Below, one piece after another: positions 18,705-27,701 of a stretch of DNA of 64,000 bases; positions within the stretch are counted from its first letter, which is position 1, and every line of letters starts with the position of its first letter. Location of the stretch: the NCBI GenBank assembly GCA_044376115.1, contig JBILLK010000014.1:173896-237895 (forward strand). Reading direction: 5' to 3'. The DNA comes from Polyangiaceae bacterium. Its GTDB lineage: Bacteria; Myxococcota_A; Polyangia; Polyangiales; Polyangiaceae. The notes under the pieces are model-generated. The model was given only the letters and a program-made list of their open reading frames with translations, was not told where the DNA came from and did no database searches. The position numbers and the translations under genes were made by a program.

Positions 18705-19607
18705 ATGTCAGCCATCGTCGTGATCGGAAACTTCGACGGCGTGCACCGTGGGCACGCACACGTGCTCGTCGAGGCCCGCGCCGAAGCAACGCTGCGGGGG
18801 CTGGAACTCATGCTGCTCTCGTTCACTCCGCATCCGCGCGCGGTGCTCGGTGGAAGCGCGCCGCCGCTGCTCACCTCTCCGCGGCGCAAACAAGAGTTGG
18901 TCGCGACGATCGATGCGCAGGCGCGAGTGGTCTTGCATCCTTTTGACCGCACCTATGCGGCCCAGTCGCCGAGTCAGTTCGCCGAGCGGTTGCGCGCCGA
19001 ATTGGATGCGCGCGTCGTGGTCGTGGGGCAGAACTTTCGCTTTGGTAAAGAACGGGCAGGCAACTTCGACACGCTCCGAGCCCTCGGAGTCGAGGTCGGT
19101 TTCGAAACCAAGTCGCTGTCACTGCTCGGGGACGAAAGTGGGCCGTTCTCTTCGACGCGCGCGCGCAAGGCGATCCAGACGGGCGATCTCGACGAGGCAC
19201 GCAACGTTCTGGGCCGACCACATATGCTCAGCGGCTTCGTTGGGCGCGGCAAACAGCTGGGCCGGACCATCGGCTTTCCAACGGCCAACCTCGTCGAGGT
19301 ACCCGAGGTGCTCCCGCCTTTCGGAATTTACGCCGTGCTCGTCGAGGATGAAGCGAGTGGCACCGTGATCGCCAAGGGCGCGATGAACGTTGGCACGAAC
19401 CCGACCACCGACGCGGATGACGGCGTAAAGGTGGAGGTCTTCCTGCTCGACTTCGACGGTGACTTGTACGGCAGGCGGCTGCGCGTGCACGTGAAGCATC
19501 GGCTGCGCGAAGAGCGCAAGTTCGACTCACTCGAGGCCCTCGTCACGCAAATGACACTCGACGTTGCGGAGTCGCGGCGCCTGCTCGAGGCAGACGGTCA
19601 GCTTTAG
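18705..19607 (+). CDS. ribF: Bifunctional riboflavin kinase / FAD synthetase
   Basis: IGNFDGVHRGH, GQNFRFG, SSTRAR, GRTIGFPTAN and LREERKF motifs. Confidence 0.97.
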   Translation: MSAIVVIGNFDGVHRGHAHVLVEARAEATLRGLELMLLSFTPHPRAVLGGSAPPLLTSPRRKQELVATIDAQARVVLHPFDRTYAAQSPSQFAERLRAELDARVVVVGQNFRFGKERAGNFDTLRALGVEVGFETKSLSLLGDESGPFSSTRARKAIQTGDLDEARNVLGRPHMLSGFVGRGKQLGRTIGFPTANLVEVPEVLPPFGIYAVLVEDEASGTVIAKGAMNVGTNPTTDADDGVKVEVFLLDFDGDLYGRRLRVHVKHRLREERKFDSLEALVTQMTLDVAESRRLLEADGQL

Positions 19608-19693
19608 GCGGCGGCGTATCGCGCGTTCACGTTGGGGCGGCCATCGCTGGACTGTCCGGTTCCCACCTGCCGCGGCTGTGGTAGGGTCCCGCC

Positions 19694-21067
19694 ATGGACC
19701 GGAAAGAGCTCGAAACGCTGTCGCGTGAAGCCCTGATCGAAAAGGCAACATCACTCGGAGTCGTGCGTCCCCGCGCACTCACCGTTCCTGAGCTGATCGA
19801 TGAGATTGTACGCGCAGACCAACGCGGAGCCCGCACCTCGCGAGGGTGGTTCGGCCGTGCGCGTGACCTGCTTACGAGCGTGATCGATCGCGGACTCGCG
19901 ACCGACGCAAAGCGGCCCAACGAAGGCCGGCCGATCGCGAGCGCGCCCCCTCCTCTGCCCACCGTCACGCTGGCGGAGATTTACGCTGCGCAAGGTCACC
20001 TCGAACGTGCCATCGCGACGCTCGACGAAGTCCTGCTCAAAGACCCCAGCCACCAAGAGGCCGCTGCGTTGCGCGAGCGCTTCGTCGCCCAGGTTCAGAA
20101 GACGAAGCCCTCGTCTCCGCCCCCAGTCTTGGAGGCCGTTCCGACCCAGCTCGAGTCTGTCGCCAGCGTTGGGGACGCAGAGCCAACGGCAGCTGAAGCC
20201 AAGCTGGAGCCCGAGCAAGCTGCGCCCGAGCAAGCTGCTGAGCTCGCCTCCGACAGCCCGGCTGCAAGCGACGACGCAGCTGAGCAAGCCCCGCTTGCCG
20301 AGCTTGCCGCCCAAGCGGTGGAAGACGCGGACGCAGAGGACGACGCGGAGGCCGAGCTCCCCACCTTCGAGGTTGATGAGGTGGTCGCCCTCGCGATCGA
20401 TCCGCACACCGTCTACCTCTATTGGGAGGTTCGCCCAGCAACCTTTGCTGCCGCTCGGAGCGGACAGGCATCGGGCGCGCTGACCATCCGCGTGGTAACC
20501 GTCGTTCCTGGGGAGCCAGCGCCCCAAACCACCGTGCGAGACATCGAGGTTGAAGCGCTGTTTGGCGAGCTGTTTCTTTACGGTGTGCCAGCCCAGGCCA
20601 ACGTGCGGGTGTCCATCGGCTACAAGTCCCACGAGCGCACCACGACCATCGCGGTGGGCGCTGCCGTTACAACGGGAGAAGCGGTGCTCACCGAGTCGGC
20701 CGACGAGTTTGCGCCGTTCGCCATCGGCAGCTCGATCACGACCCCTCGCGCTGCACCGTCCACAGACGTCGCGCGGGTCAACCGCAGCTGGAGTGAAGCC
20801 CAGGCGCCGCAGCGCCCCCTCGCAGGGGACTCGTTCGAGTGGGCTGAGACGGATGGGTCCGACGGCCTCACGGCGCGCTTCCCTGCTGGCGTTTGGGTAG
20901 ATCCCTCGTTGCGCGTCGTGCACGTGGCCAACCTGGGCGAGAGTCGTGACGAGGCCCGCGTGACGAGCTGGTCCAATGGCGCCTCTGAGCTGGTGCGCTC
21001 GGACATCGTGTGGGCCTCCAACCTGACCGAGGCGTCCTCCTTCGTTCACGCTGGGCTGCTGCGCTAG
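19694..21067 (+). CDS. Multi-domain protein: Rho-N-like helix pair + TPR + acidic linker + DUF4912-like domain
   Basis: LETLSREALIEKA...LIDEI; TVTLAEIYAAQGHLERA; VALAIDPHTVYLYWEV. Confidence 0.75.
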   Translation: MDRKELETLSREALIEKATSLGVVRPRALTVPELIDEIVRADQRGARTSRGWFGRARDLLTSVIDRGLATDAKRPNEGRPIASAPPPLPTVTLAEIYAAQGHLERAIATLDEVLLKDPSHQEAAALRERFVAQVQKTKPSSPPPVLEAVPTQLESVASVGDAEPTAAEAKLEPEQAAPEQAAELASDSPAASDDAAEQAPLAELAAQAVEDADAEDDAEAELPTFEVDEVVALAIDPHTVYLYWEVRPATFAAARSGQASGALTIRVVTVVPGEPAPQTTVRDIEVEALFGELFLYGVPAQANVRVSIGYKSHERTTTIAVGAAVTTGEAVLTESADEFAPFAIGSSITTPRAAPSTDVARVNRSWSEAQAPQRPLAGDSFEWAETDGSDGLTARFPAGVWVDPSLRVVHVANLGESRDEARVTSWSNGASELVRSDIVWASNLTEASSFVHAGLLR

Positions 21068-21147
21068 GCCCTTTCGGCTCTCTTGGGCAGGGCGGATTTA
21101 GTTACGCCCAATACGCAACCGCCAGCGGCAATGGGTGAAAGAGCATC

Positions 21148-22101
21148 ATGAAACGATGCTCTGCTCGCTCCGCTATCCCCGGCTTGCTGCTCCTCTTCTT
21201 CCAAAGCCAGGCTCTCGCGCAGGAGCTGGACATGCCCAGCGCGGTGCTTGGCTGGGAGGTGGAAGACGTTGAGCTCACCCCACCTCCAAAGCTCGAAATC
21301 TCACCGGCGGTTTCGCTTCGGTTCCGCGACGCGGAGCGCTTCGAGGCCGCTGGTTTTCTCTTGATTGGCGGCACCTTCGACGCAGCGGTCGCGGGCTCAC
21401 CGCCTGCAGCAGCGGAGGAGCTCGACCACGAGGCGGAGCTGCGTGCGGCGCTCCACGCCGACGGTCTCTTCGTCGAAGAGATGGTGAAGGCCGCCCTCGC
21501 CGCACACCGCAGTGCCGACTTCGCCGACACGCTGGAGACGATGGCTGTGCGAGCGCGTTTGACCGGCCTTGTCCCTGAGCTGAAGCTGCGTTTGGCTCGC
21601 GAGGTCGCCGAAGATCAGTCGCTCGCTCCAACCGAATATGATCCCGACCGATTGACGCTGCGAGGTGGCGTCTCCACCTGGCTCGAGGCTCGTGCAAGTT
21701 TCAACCTCGACCATCTCGTGTTTTCAGCGGACGAACCGGGCCTACTCAAACTCTCGCTCGATCGAGCCAAGTTCGAGCGTGAGCTTGTCTCGGACCTGCT
21801 AACCGCCTTCACCGCTTGGCAAAAGGCGAAGGGCGCCCAACTCGACCCGCTCGCTGCAGAGAATGACGCGTGGCTCGCCGTGATCGTGGAGGAGGCCAAG
21901 CTCGACGCTCTCACGGGTGGCTGGTTCTCTCAGCGACGCTCGCGGGTCTCCGTGAGTGCGAGAGCTGCGACGAGGTCGGAACCAAAGCCAGCGCCAGGCT
22001 CAAATAAAGTTGTCGGAGAGCGTGACCCGAGTCGTGTCGCTCTCGGTGTCCCCATCGCTGTCAGTGATCTTGATACGCAGATCGAGCCGCTCGCCGAGTA
22101 G
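21148..22101 (+). CDS. Hypothetical exported protein
   Basis: Signal peptide (ALA-Q); 317-aa ORF whose 3' end overlaps the convergent gene by about 100 nt. Confidence 0.65.
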   Translation: MKRCSARSAIPGLLLLFFQSQALAQELDMPSAVLGWEVEDVELTPPPKLEISPAVSLRFRDAERFEAAGFLLIGGTFDAAVAGSPPAAAEELDHEAELRAALHADGLFVEEMVKAALAAHRSADFADTLETMAVRARLTGLVPELKLRLAREVAEDQSLAPTEYDPDRLTLRGGVSTWLEARASFNLDHLVFSADEPGLLKLSLDRAKFERELVSDLLTAFTAWQKAKGAQLDPLAAENDAWLAVIVEEAKLDALTGGWFSQRRSRVSVSARAATRSEPKPAPGSNKVVGERDPSRVALGVPIAVSDLDTQIEPLAE

Positions 22102-22917
22102 CTGTTCAATCGGGTGAGCCTCGTCATCAAGCCGAAAGCGGAGCCCGAAAATCTTGCAGTAATCACCCTCGTCGGGGTCGAACGAAAAGACGATCGAGAA
22201 CGGCGTCGGGTCGTAATCGATATCGACGAAGGAGCCAGACACTTCGGTGATCGACCCACCTTGCCGCAGGTTCTTGAGCCGAGCGGCGACCCACACGTGG
22301 TAGCCGCCCTGAGGGCCTTGCTCGACCTGGAGGACCTGCCCTTCATCGATGGCGTGATAGTCGGCCTGGCCCTCACCAAGTACAACCTCGGGCGGCCCGC
22401 CAGGCTTGCAACGGTCGGTGGCATTGCCGCCGACCCAGCCTTCAAAGTAGTCCGGGAGAGAACTGCCGCTCTGTGTCGCCGAGACGCACTCTCCGTCGGT
22501 GCAGGTCGTGCCCTCGCTGCAACTCACGTCGACACAGTCGGTCTCGAGCGAAAGCCGGTACAGCGCGCGCTTGCCATCAACCACGTCGGTGATCGCTGTC
22601 TTGGTCAGCAACACGCGTTCTCCCTGCATCGCAGAGAGCTGAACCGAGAGCGAGCCACCCGGCTCGAGTGCGCCCGAGTCGAGCTCCAACGGAAACGCGA
22701 GGTCGTCCGTGAAGGTGCGCTCGAGGATGGCCTCTCCGTCGAACTCCATTCGCACCGCGAGCGAGGTGATGTCCGACCCTGCGTCGAGCTCGCTCTTGAT
22801 CCCAAAAACCACGCTTCCCTCGGCGCCGCCGCAGCTCACCGCCGCTAGCGCCGCAAGCCAAAGTGAGCCGCCAACGAAAACCCTCGCCCCAGCAGCAGCA
22901 GTAAGTAATCGAGCCAT
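22000..22917 (-). CDS. Hypothetical lipoprotein
   Basis: Lipobox AVSC, short Cys cluster, GPQGGYHVW motif. Confidence 0.75.
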   Translation of the reverse strand: MARLLTAAAGARVFVGGSLWLAALAAVSCGGAEGSVVFGIKSELDAGSDITSLAVRMEFDGEAILERTFTDDLAFPLELDSGALEPGGSLSVQLSAMQGERVLLTKTAITDVVDGKRALYRLSLETDCVDVSCSEGTTCTDGECVSATQSGSSLPDYFEGWVGGNATDRCKPGGPPEVVLGEGQADYHAIDEGQVLQVEQGPQGGYHVWVAARLKNLRQGGSITEVSGSFVDIDYDPTPFSIVFSFDPDEGDYCKIFGLRFRLDDEAHPIEQLLGERLDLRIKITDSDGDTESDTTRVTLSDNFI

Positions 22918-22933
22918 AAGGATGCACAAAGCT

Positions 22934-22960
22934 AACACGCCGGGCTAAGCCCGGCGTGTT
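22934..22960 (-). terminator. Hairpin downstream of the dsbD-like gene (probable terminator)
   Basis: Perfect 12-bp stem AACACGCCGGGC-TAA-GCCCGGCGTGTT. Confidence 0.6.
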
Positions 22961-22981
22961 CAGCACAAACAGCGCGTTGGT

Positions 22982-24361
22982 TTATTGAACGGGCTCGAGC
23001 GCCGCCAAGAACTTCTCGGCATCGACGAACTCCGTGAAGCGCTTCACTTCCTTACCCTGCGAATCAAGGATCACCACCGTCGGTAGGCCCTTCACGTTGT
23101 ACTTCTTGGTGAGCGCAACCACCTTCGGGTCTTCTTCGTTGGTTGCATCCACCTTCACGCCCACGAAGCGGCCAGCCGTAGCCTTGACCTTGGCGTCACT
23201 GAAGGTGTGCTTCTCGAGCTCTTTGCAGGCGCCGCACCAATCCGCGCCGAAGTCCACGATCATCGGGCGCTTCTCGCTCGTTGCAGCAGCAACGCCCTTC
23301 TCCTCATCGTGACCAAACTCGAGCGCCGGCCACACCTTCTCCCCCTTGGCGGCCAGCTTGTCTTGCTCGGCCTGGATCGCCTCGGCGGTGGCTTGCTTCG
23401 GCTTCTCGATCGCCGCTAGGAACAAGAAGCTGCCGGTGACAGCCGCCAGAATGCCGACCCCTTTGCGGACGCGAGCGACTGCGCCCTCATCCCAGTTCTT
23501 GTGCACGGCACCGAGAGCCAGACCGAACACCGCGATGCCGCCCGCGATCGCGAGGAAGGCGTTCTCGTGCTTGGCCGCATCCGCCAACACCGGAAACGCG
23601 TTCTTCAAGTAGTAGAACGCAAGCACCAGCATCACGATGCCGAAGAAGGACTTCACCCACACCATCCACTTGCCACCCTTCGGAAGGGCCGCAGCGAAGG
23701 TGCCGACGAACCAGAACAACATGCCCAAGCCAATGGCGTAGGAAAGACCGAAGGTGATGCCGAGAGCCGCGCTCTGCTTCGATGCGACGGCCGCCATCAT
23801 CGAGATCAGGACCGGACCCGAGCAGGGAGCGGCGACGAGACCGCTGACAAGGCCGAGCGTGAAGGCGCCGCCGTACCCGACGCCGCCCATCCCCGAGAGC
23901 CGCTGCATCATGGAATCAGGCAGCGTTAGCTCGAAGGCGCCAAACATTGAGGCCGCCATGGCGATGAACACCACCGCGATGCCAACGATGACCCACTTGT
24001 TTTGCAGTACCGAACCGAACACGCCGCCGGTGAGCGAGACAATCACGAACATGGCGGTGAACAGCACCACCATGCCCATGACGAACGCCGTCGAGAGCAG
24101 CATCGCTTCAGCGCGCGACTTGGCTTGTTTGGCGCCGAAGACACTCACCGTGATGGCGATCATCGGGTAGACGCATGGCGTGAGGCTCGTCAGAAACCCG
24201 GCGACGAAGGAGACGAGCGCGGCCTTCCCGACGCCAACCTCCAAGGCCGCGCTGAACTCGCTGTCTTGCGCGAACGCGGCGGTAGGAACGAGCAAAACGG
24301 TGAGCAGCATCAAAGCTGTCCAAAGCGGAATCGGAGAGCGGTGATTTCGTTGGCTTCCCAT
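22982..24361 (-). CDS. dsbD: DsbD-like protein-disulfide reductase (TM domain + thioredoxin domain)
   Basis: SLTPCVYP and AAPCSGP TM Cys pair, C-terminal DFGADWCGACK and GLPT; no N-terminal Ig-like alpha domain. Confidence 0.88.
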   Translation of the reverse strand: MGSQRNHRSPIPLWTALMLLTVLLVPTAAFAQDSEFSAALEVGVGKAALVSFVAGFLTSLTPCVYPMIAITVSVFGAKQAKSRAEAMLLSTAFVMGMVVLFTAMFVIVSLTGGVFGSVLQNKWVIVGIAVVFIAMAASMFGAFELTLPDSMMQRLSGMGGVGYGGAFTLGLVSGLVAAPCSGPVLISMMAAVASKQSAALGITFGLSYAIGLGMLFWFVGTFAAALPKGGKWMVWVKSFFGIVMLVLAFYYLKNAFPVLADAAKHENAFLAIAGGIAVFGLALGAVHKNWDEGAVARVRKGVGILAAVTGSFLFLAAIEKPKQATAEAIQAEQDKLAAKGEKVWPALEFGHDEEKGVAAATSEKRPMIVDFGADWCGACKELEKHTFSDAKVKATAGRFVGVKVDATNEEDPKVVALTKKYNVKGLPTVVILDSQGKEVKRFTEFVDAEKFLAALEPVQ

Positions 24362-24494
24362 GGTGACCATCTTGGCAGGGGTTGGGTTCCGGCAGTTTAC
24401 GTCGCCGTGCGAAGCGATGCAGCCGCTTTTGCTACGTTGCCCGAAGACGTTCGTTTCGAGCAGAAAACGACTGGGGCAATGGCCAGTAGACAAT

Positions 24495-25388
24495 TCAGTG
24501 TGCGTTTACACGCGACAATGTCGCGAGCAGCGTTTCGGCATGCCGACACTCGCCGTCGAGCGCAATCAGAGCCACAGCGGGACGCTCGGAGGTGCGTTGG
24601 AGGAAGGCCTCGAGATGTGCGCGGGCATCGACCGTACGGTTGTGGTGGAATGCCAGCAAGCCCAGCACAAACCGCCCGTAGCCTTGCCCTGCAGGAACCT
24701 CGGCGAGCTTGCGTAACATGCGGCCAAGGCCGGTAACCCGCTCGCCGTTTGCGCAGCGTGCTACCGCCAGGTGAGCTTCGTAGAGCGGTTTATCGCGAAC
24801 GCCCCAACGAGCAGCCCTCGAAAGAGCGCCGACCGCATCGCGGTAGCGGCCCGACAAGTAGAAGAGACTGCCCAGCGTCCACCAATGGAAGGCGCGTCGG
24901 CTTGCGGGGCCCACCCGCGCGGCGGTACGCAGATGCCTGGCCGCGCGGTCGACATCACCGAGGGCGAAGGCCGCACGAGCCGCGTCTTGATGCAGGACGT
25001 CAGCGAGGATGCCCAGCGGAAGAGACTGCTCAACCACCTGAACGGCCTCTCGAAACTGACGTTGCTCGAAATGAGCCAGATACAGCTGGCGCAGCAACAT
25101 CGCATGGGTGGTTTTGTCGATTCTCGAACGGGCAGCGAGCCCCCGCCTGGCCCAGATTCCTCGAGCGCGCGCGGTTGCCGCCACCATGGCGCGCGACAGA
25201 CACTCCTCCGGCGAAGAAGCGCTCGAGCGCCGCTCCAACGCCTCGGGGGGAGCTTGCCTCACCGACGGCCTAGCCCCTCGCTTGGGCGGTGGCCGGGAGG
25301 CGCGGTGCGACTCCGGGCGCGGCGTCTTGAGCCGAACAACCTTGGGAGGAGCCGGCGTCACGGCACCTGGGGACTTGGCGCGCGTCAC
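24495..25388 (-). CDS. TPR-repeat protein with basic N-terminus
   Basis: TPR-like helices (WTLGSLFYLSGRYRDAVGALSRA); start uncertain. Confidence 0.7.
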   Translation of the reverse strand: MTRAKSPGAVTPAPPKVVRLKTPRPESHRASRPPPKRGARPSVRQAPPEALERRSSASSPEECLSRAMVAATARARGIWARRGLAARSRIDKTTHAMLLRQLYLAHFEQRQFREAVQVVEQSLPLGILADVLHQDAARAAFALGDVDRAARHLRTAARVGPASRRAFHWWTLGSLFYLSGRYRDAVGALSRAARWGVRDKPLYEAHLAVARCANGERVTGLGRMLRKLAEVPAGQGYGRFVLGLLAFHHNRTVDARAHLEAFLQRTSERPAVALIALDGECRHAETLLATLSRVNAH

Positions 25389-25503
25389 AGGCCTTAATCT
25401 AGCAGGGCCTATACGTGCGTCCAGAATCTTACATCGAAACCTTGCAGCACGGCTGAACACGGGCTTGCACGGGGCTCGAGCTTGAGCGACGGTTGCGCAA
25501 GAC

Positions 25504-25791
25504 ATGGCTTTGGCGAAGCTCGGCGTAGCGCTCGGTGTGTTGCTCTCGGTAGGTTGCAGTCACCCAGCGACCGAAGCCGAGTGCGAGATCATATTTCGCA
25601 AGACGGCCGAGCTGACCCTGCGGGAACGAACGCAGGACAGCGCCGTAATCGAGGAGCGAATCGAGGCCTACCGTCGCACGCACGGCGACAAGGAGATCGC
25701 CAAATGCTTGGGCAAGGCCTTGTCGAAGAATGCTCTGGCGTGCATCGAGAAGGCAGACTCCGAGTCGAAAGTGAATGACTGCTTACGCTGA
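25504..25791 (+). CDS. Small Cys-containing lipoprotein
   Basis: Lipobox SVGC and four further Cys. Confidence 0.75.
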   Translation: MALAKLGVALGVLLSVGCSHPATEAECEIIFRKTAELTLRERTQDSAVIEERIEAYRRTHGDKEIAKCLGKALSKNALACIEKADSESKVNDCLR

Positions 25792-26059
25792 AGACGAACG
25801 AGCGGGTCTGCAGATCGTCGCTGTCGTCTCCGTGAGCCTGCTGCTTCCCACGCTGAACTCCTGCGAATGGACGACCTCTGACGGCGCTGCCCTATGCCAA
25901 AAGACGCTGGCGCATCGCCAAGCCTTGTCGAACGAGCGCGATCCGGCCCCCATTGGCCTCTTAGAGTTGCGCGGCTGCGCGAAAAGCCTAACCAATGCCC
26001 AAGCAGACTGCGCGCAAAACGCCAACACGCTCGACGACTACGAGCGCTGCTTCTTCTAA
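25775..26059 (+). CDS. Small Cys-containing lipoprotein, paralog-like to the upstream gene
   Basis: Hydrophobic signal with LNSC; same C-terminal Cys spacing as 25504..25791. Confidence 0.65.
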   Translation: MTAYAEDERAGLQIVAVVSVSLLLPTLNSCEWTTSDGAALCQKTLAHRQALSNERDPAPIGLLELRGCAKSLTNAQADCAQNANTLDDYERCFF

Positions 26060-26167
26060 ACGCGGGCTTGAGTGCGCATTCCGTTCGCTTGCTGCACCTT
26101 CGGTTGAAGAGAGGGGTTTCGTTCTAAGGTCTTGTGTTAACGTGGAGTCATTGGAGCCGGGCTAGCG

Positions 26168-27361
26168 ATGAAGCACATCTCTCCGCAGCTCGGATTCAAC
26201 AACAACGTCCGACACAAGGGACATGTCTTCCACATTCAGACGGAAGACTCAGGGGTCAAGCACCCGCACGTCATCACGCATCTGTTCGCGGATGGTGGTC
26301 GGATCCTGAAGTCGACGAAGACCTCGTATGCCGAGTTCCTCGGCGAAGACGACCTCGCGAAGAAGGTTCGCGGGCTGATGCAGGAGCAGCACAAGGCGAT
26401 GTTCATCGCCCTCCGCGCCGGCAAGTTCGACCATATGCTTCCGGACGCGGAAGCATCGCCCGAGCAGGTGGTAGCGAAGTCTGCGGAGGGCGCGCAAGCT
26501 CCTGCTCCGGTTGAGGCAGTTGCTCCGATTGAGCCAGTCGCTCCGGCTGAGGCAGTTGCTCCGATTGAGCCAGTCGCTCCGGTTGAAGCGGTGGTTGCCG
26601 CGCCCAGTGTTGAAAGTGTCGAAGAGGTCGAGCCGCCCAAAGCGGCTGTCCCCGAGCCTCCGCCCTCCGACGCGGGAAGAAGCCGGCCGCTACTTTCGGC
26701 CTTGGCCTCGCAACCTCCCTCATCGCGATCTCGCCTTACCCCTCCCCCACCGAAGAAGGGCGAGCCACTGTCCCACCTCGCCGCCCCTACGAAGGGCGGC
26801 GTTGCTCGCGGGGTCGAGCCGTTTGCGCCAACCATGCCTGGCATCGAGGGGCTTAGGCCGGTGCGCGCGGAGGAGCCCCAGCGCGCCCCCGCCAGCGCGA
26901 AACCCGGGCGACACCCATCGTTCCGACCTGCCGCGGCGCAAAGGCCTCCGCTCTCCGAGAGCCTCGAGCTCGACCTCGAGGCGCTCGAACGTGCCGCCGA
27001 ACAAACAAACTCACCGGTCTATCAGCAGCTGCGCGATCTTCCGCCTCCGCCTGCGACGCTGTTGCGCCCCAGCGCGTCGCGCAACACCAGCTACCGCTCG
27101 GTGACGCCCCAGGCACCACAGATGATCAAGGAGCCCGCTCGACACGCCCCGAGCAAAGATGCGCCTCCCTCGCCTGAACCGGCCAGCCGCAGCGACAAGG
27201 ACCACCGCTACTCGCATTCACGGCCAGCCAGCATCTTCGGGCCTACCCGCCCACTTGAGGGCAGCAGCATTTTTGGCGAGGACCTGATCAGCGAAAAGAG
27301 CTTGGACGAAGTGATCCTGGGCTACCTCGCCGAAGATCTCGAGCCGAGCGCCAAGAAGTAG
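26168..27361 (+). CDS. Hypothetical protein: folded N-terminal domain, Pro/Ala-rich linker, C-terminal helix
   Basis: GFNNNVRHKGHVFHIQTEDSG N-terminus, long low-complexity region, FGEDLISEKSLDEVILGYL end. Confidence 0.85.
   Translation: MKHISPQLGFNNNVRHKGHVFHIQTEDSGVKHPHVITHLFADGGRILKSTKTSYAEFLGEDDLAKKVRGLMQEQHKAMFIALRAGKFDHMLPDAEASPEQVVAKSAEGAQAPAPVEAVAPIEPVAPAEAVAPIEPVAPVEAVVAAPSVESVEEVEPPKAAVPEPPPSDAGRSRPLLSALASQPPSSRSRLTPPPPKKGEPLSHLAAPTKGGVARGVEPFAPTMPGIEGLRPVRAEEPQRAPASAKPGRHPSFRPAAAQRPPLSESLELDLEALERAAEQTNSPVYQQLRDLPPPPATLLRPSASRNTSYRSVTPQAPQMIKEPARHAPSKDAPPSPEPASRSDKDHRYSHSRPASIFGPTRPLEGSSIFGEDLISEKSLDEVILGYLAEDLEPSAKK
26504..26587 (+). repeat. 36-bp coding tandem repeat, about 2.3 copies (APxEAVAPIEPV)
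   Basis: GCTCCGGYTGAGGCAGTTGCTCCGATTGAGCCAGTC at 26504 and 26540, partial copy at 26576. Confidence 0.9.
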
Positions 27362-27485
27362 CGTTGCGCCTTCGATACGTCGCGGCGCCGCGCCCGACGA
27401 CATCAACCGAGGCGCCCGACAATGTCAACGAGGTCGAGCCGCGGGTGCGGGCCGCATGGCTGACGTTGACCCTACGTCAGCGGCA

Positions 27486-27520
27486 CAAAACAACACCGCC
27501 TCTTTGCAGAGGCAGTGTTT
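27486..27520 (-). terminator. Intrinsic terminator after tRNA-Ala
   Basis: Minus strand AACACTGCCTCT-GCAA-AGAGGCGGTGTT followed by GTTTT. Confidence 0.8.
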
Positions 27521-27524
27521 CCGG

Positions 27525-27597
27525 TGGAGCTGAAGGGAATCGAACCCATGACCTCCTGCATGCCATGCAGGCGCTCTCCCAACTGAGCTACAGCCCC
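27525..27597 (-). tRNA. tRNA-Ala (GGC)
   Basis: GGGGCTGTAGCTCAGTTGGGAGAGCGCCTGCATGGCATGCAGGAGGTCATGGGTTCGATTCCCTTCAGCTCCA; G3:U70 identity pair; followed by CCG rather than CCA. Confidence 0.97.
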
Positions 27598-27701
27598 GGA
27601 CAGGTCGGGCTTCTATAGCCAAACCATTCGTGCCTGTCCCAGAAAATCGTTCACGGCGTCAGAAGGTCGAACGATTTTCGGTCCGATCCCGCAAGCAAGG
27701 T

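Noticed and set aside
19751..21049. 432-aa minus-strand ORF
   Set aside because: Antisense to the DUF4912-like gene; low-information sequence
22000..22101. About 100-nt convergent overlap of two CDSs as an antisense regulatory device
   Set aside because: Most simply a stop-codon loss extending a low-complexity tail in a GC-rich genome
26504..26587. 36-bp repeats as a CRISPR array
   Set aside because: Head-to-tail with no spacers, in frame within a CDS, and no cas genes
26168..27597. tRNA-Ala as an integration site for an island
   Set aside because: No duplicated tRNA 3' end, integrase or compositional shift seen; a terminator follows the tRNA directly
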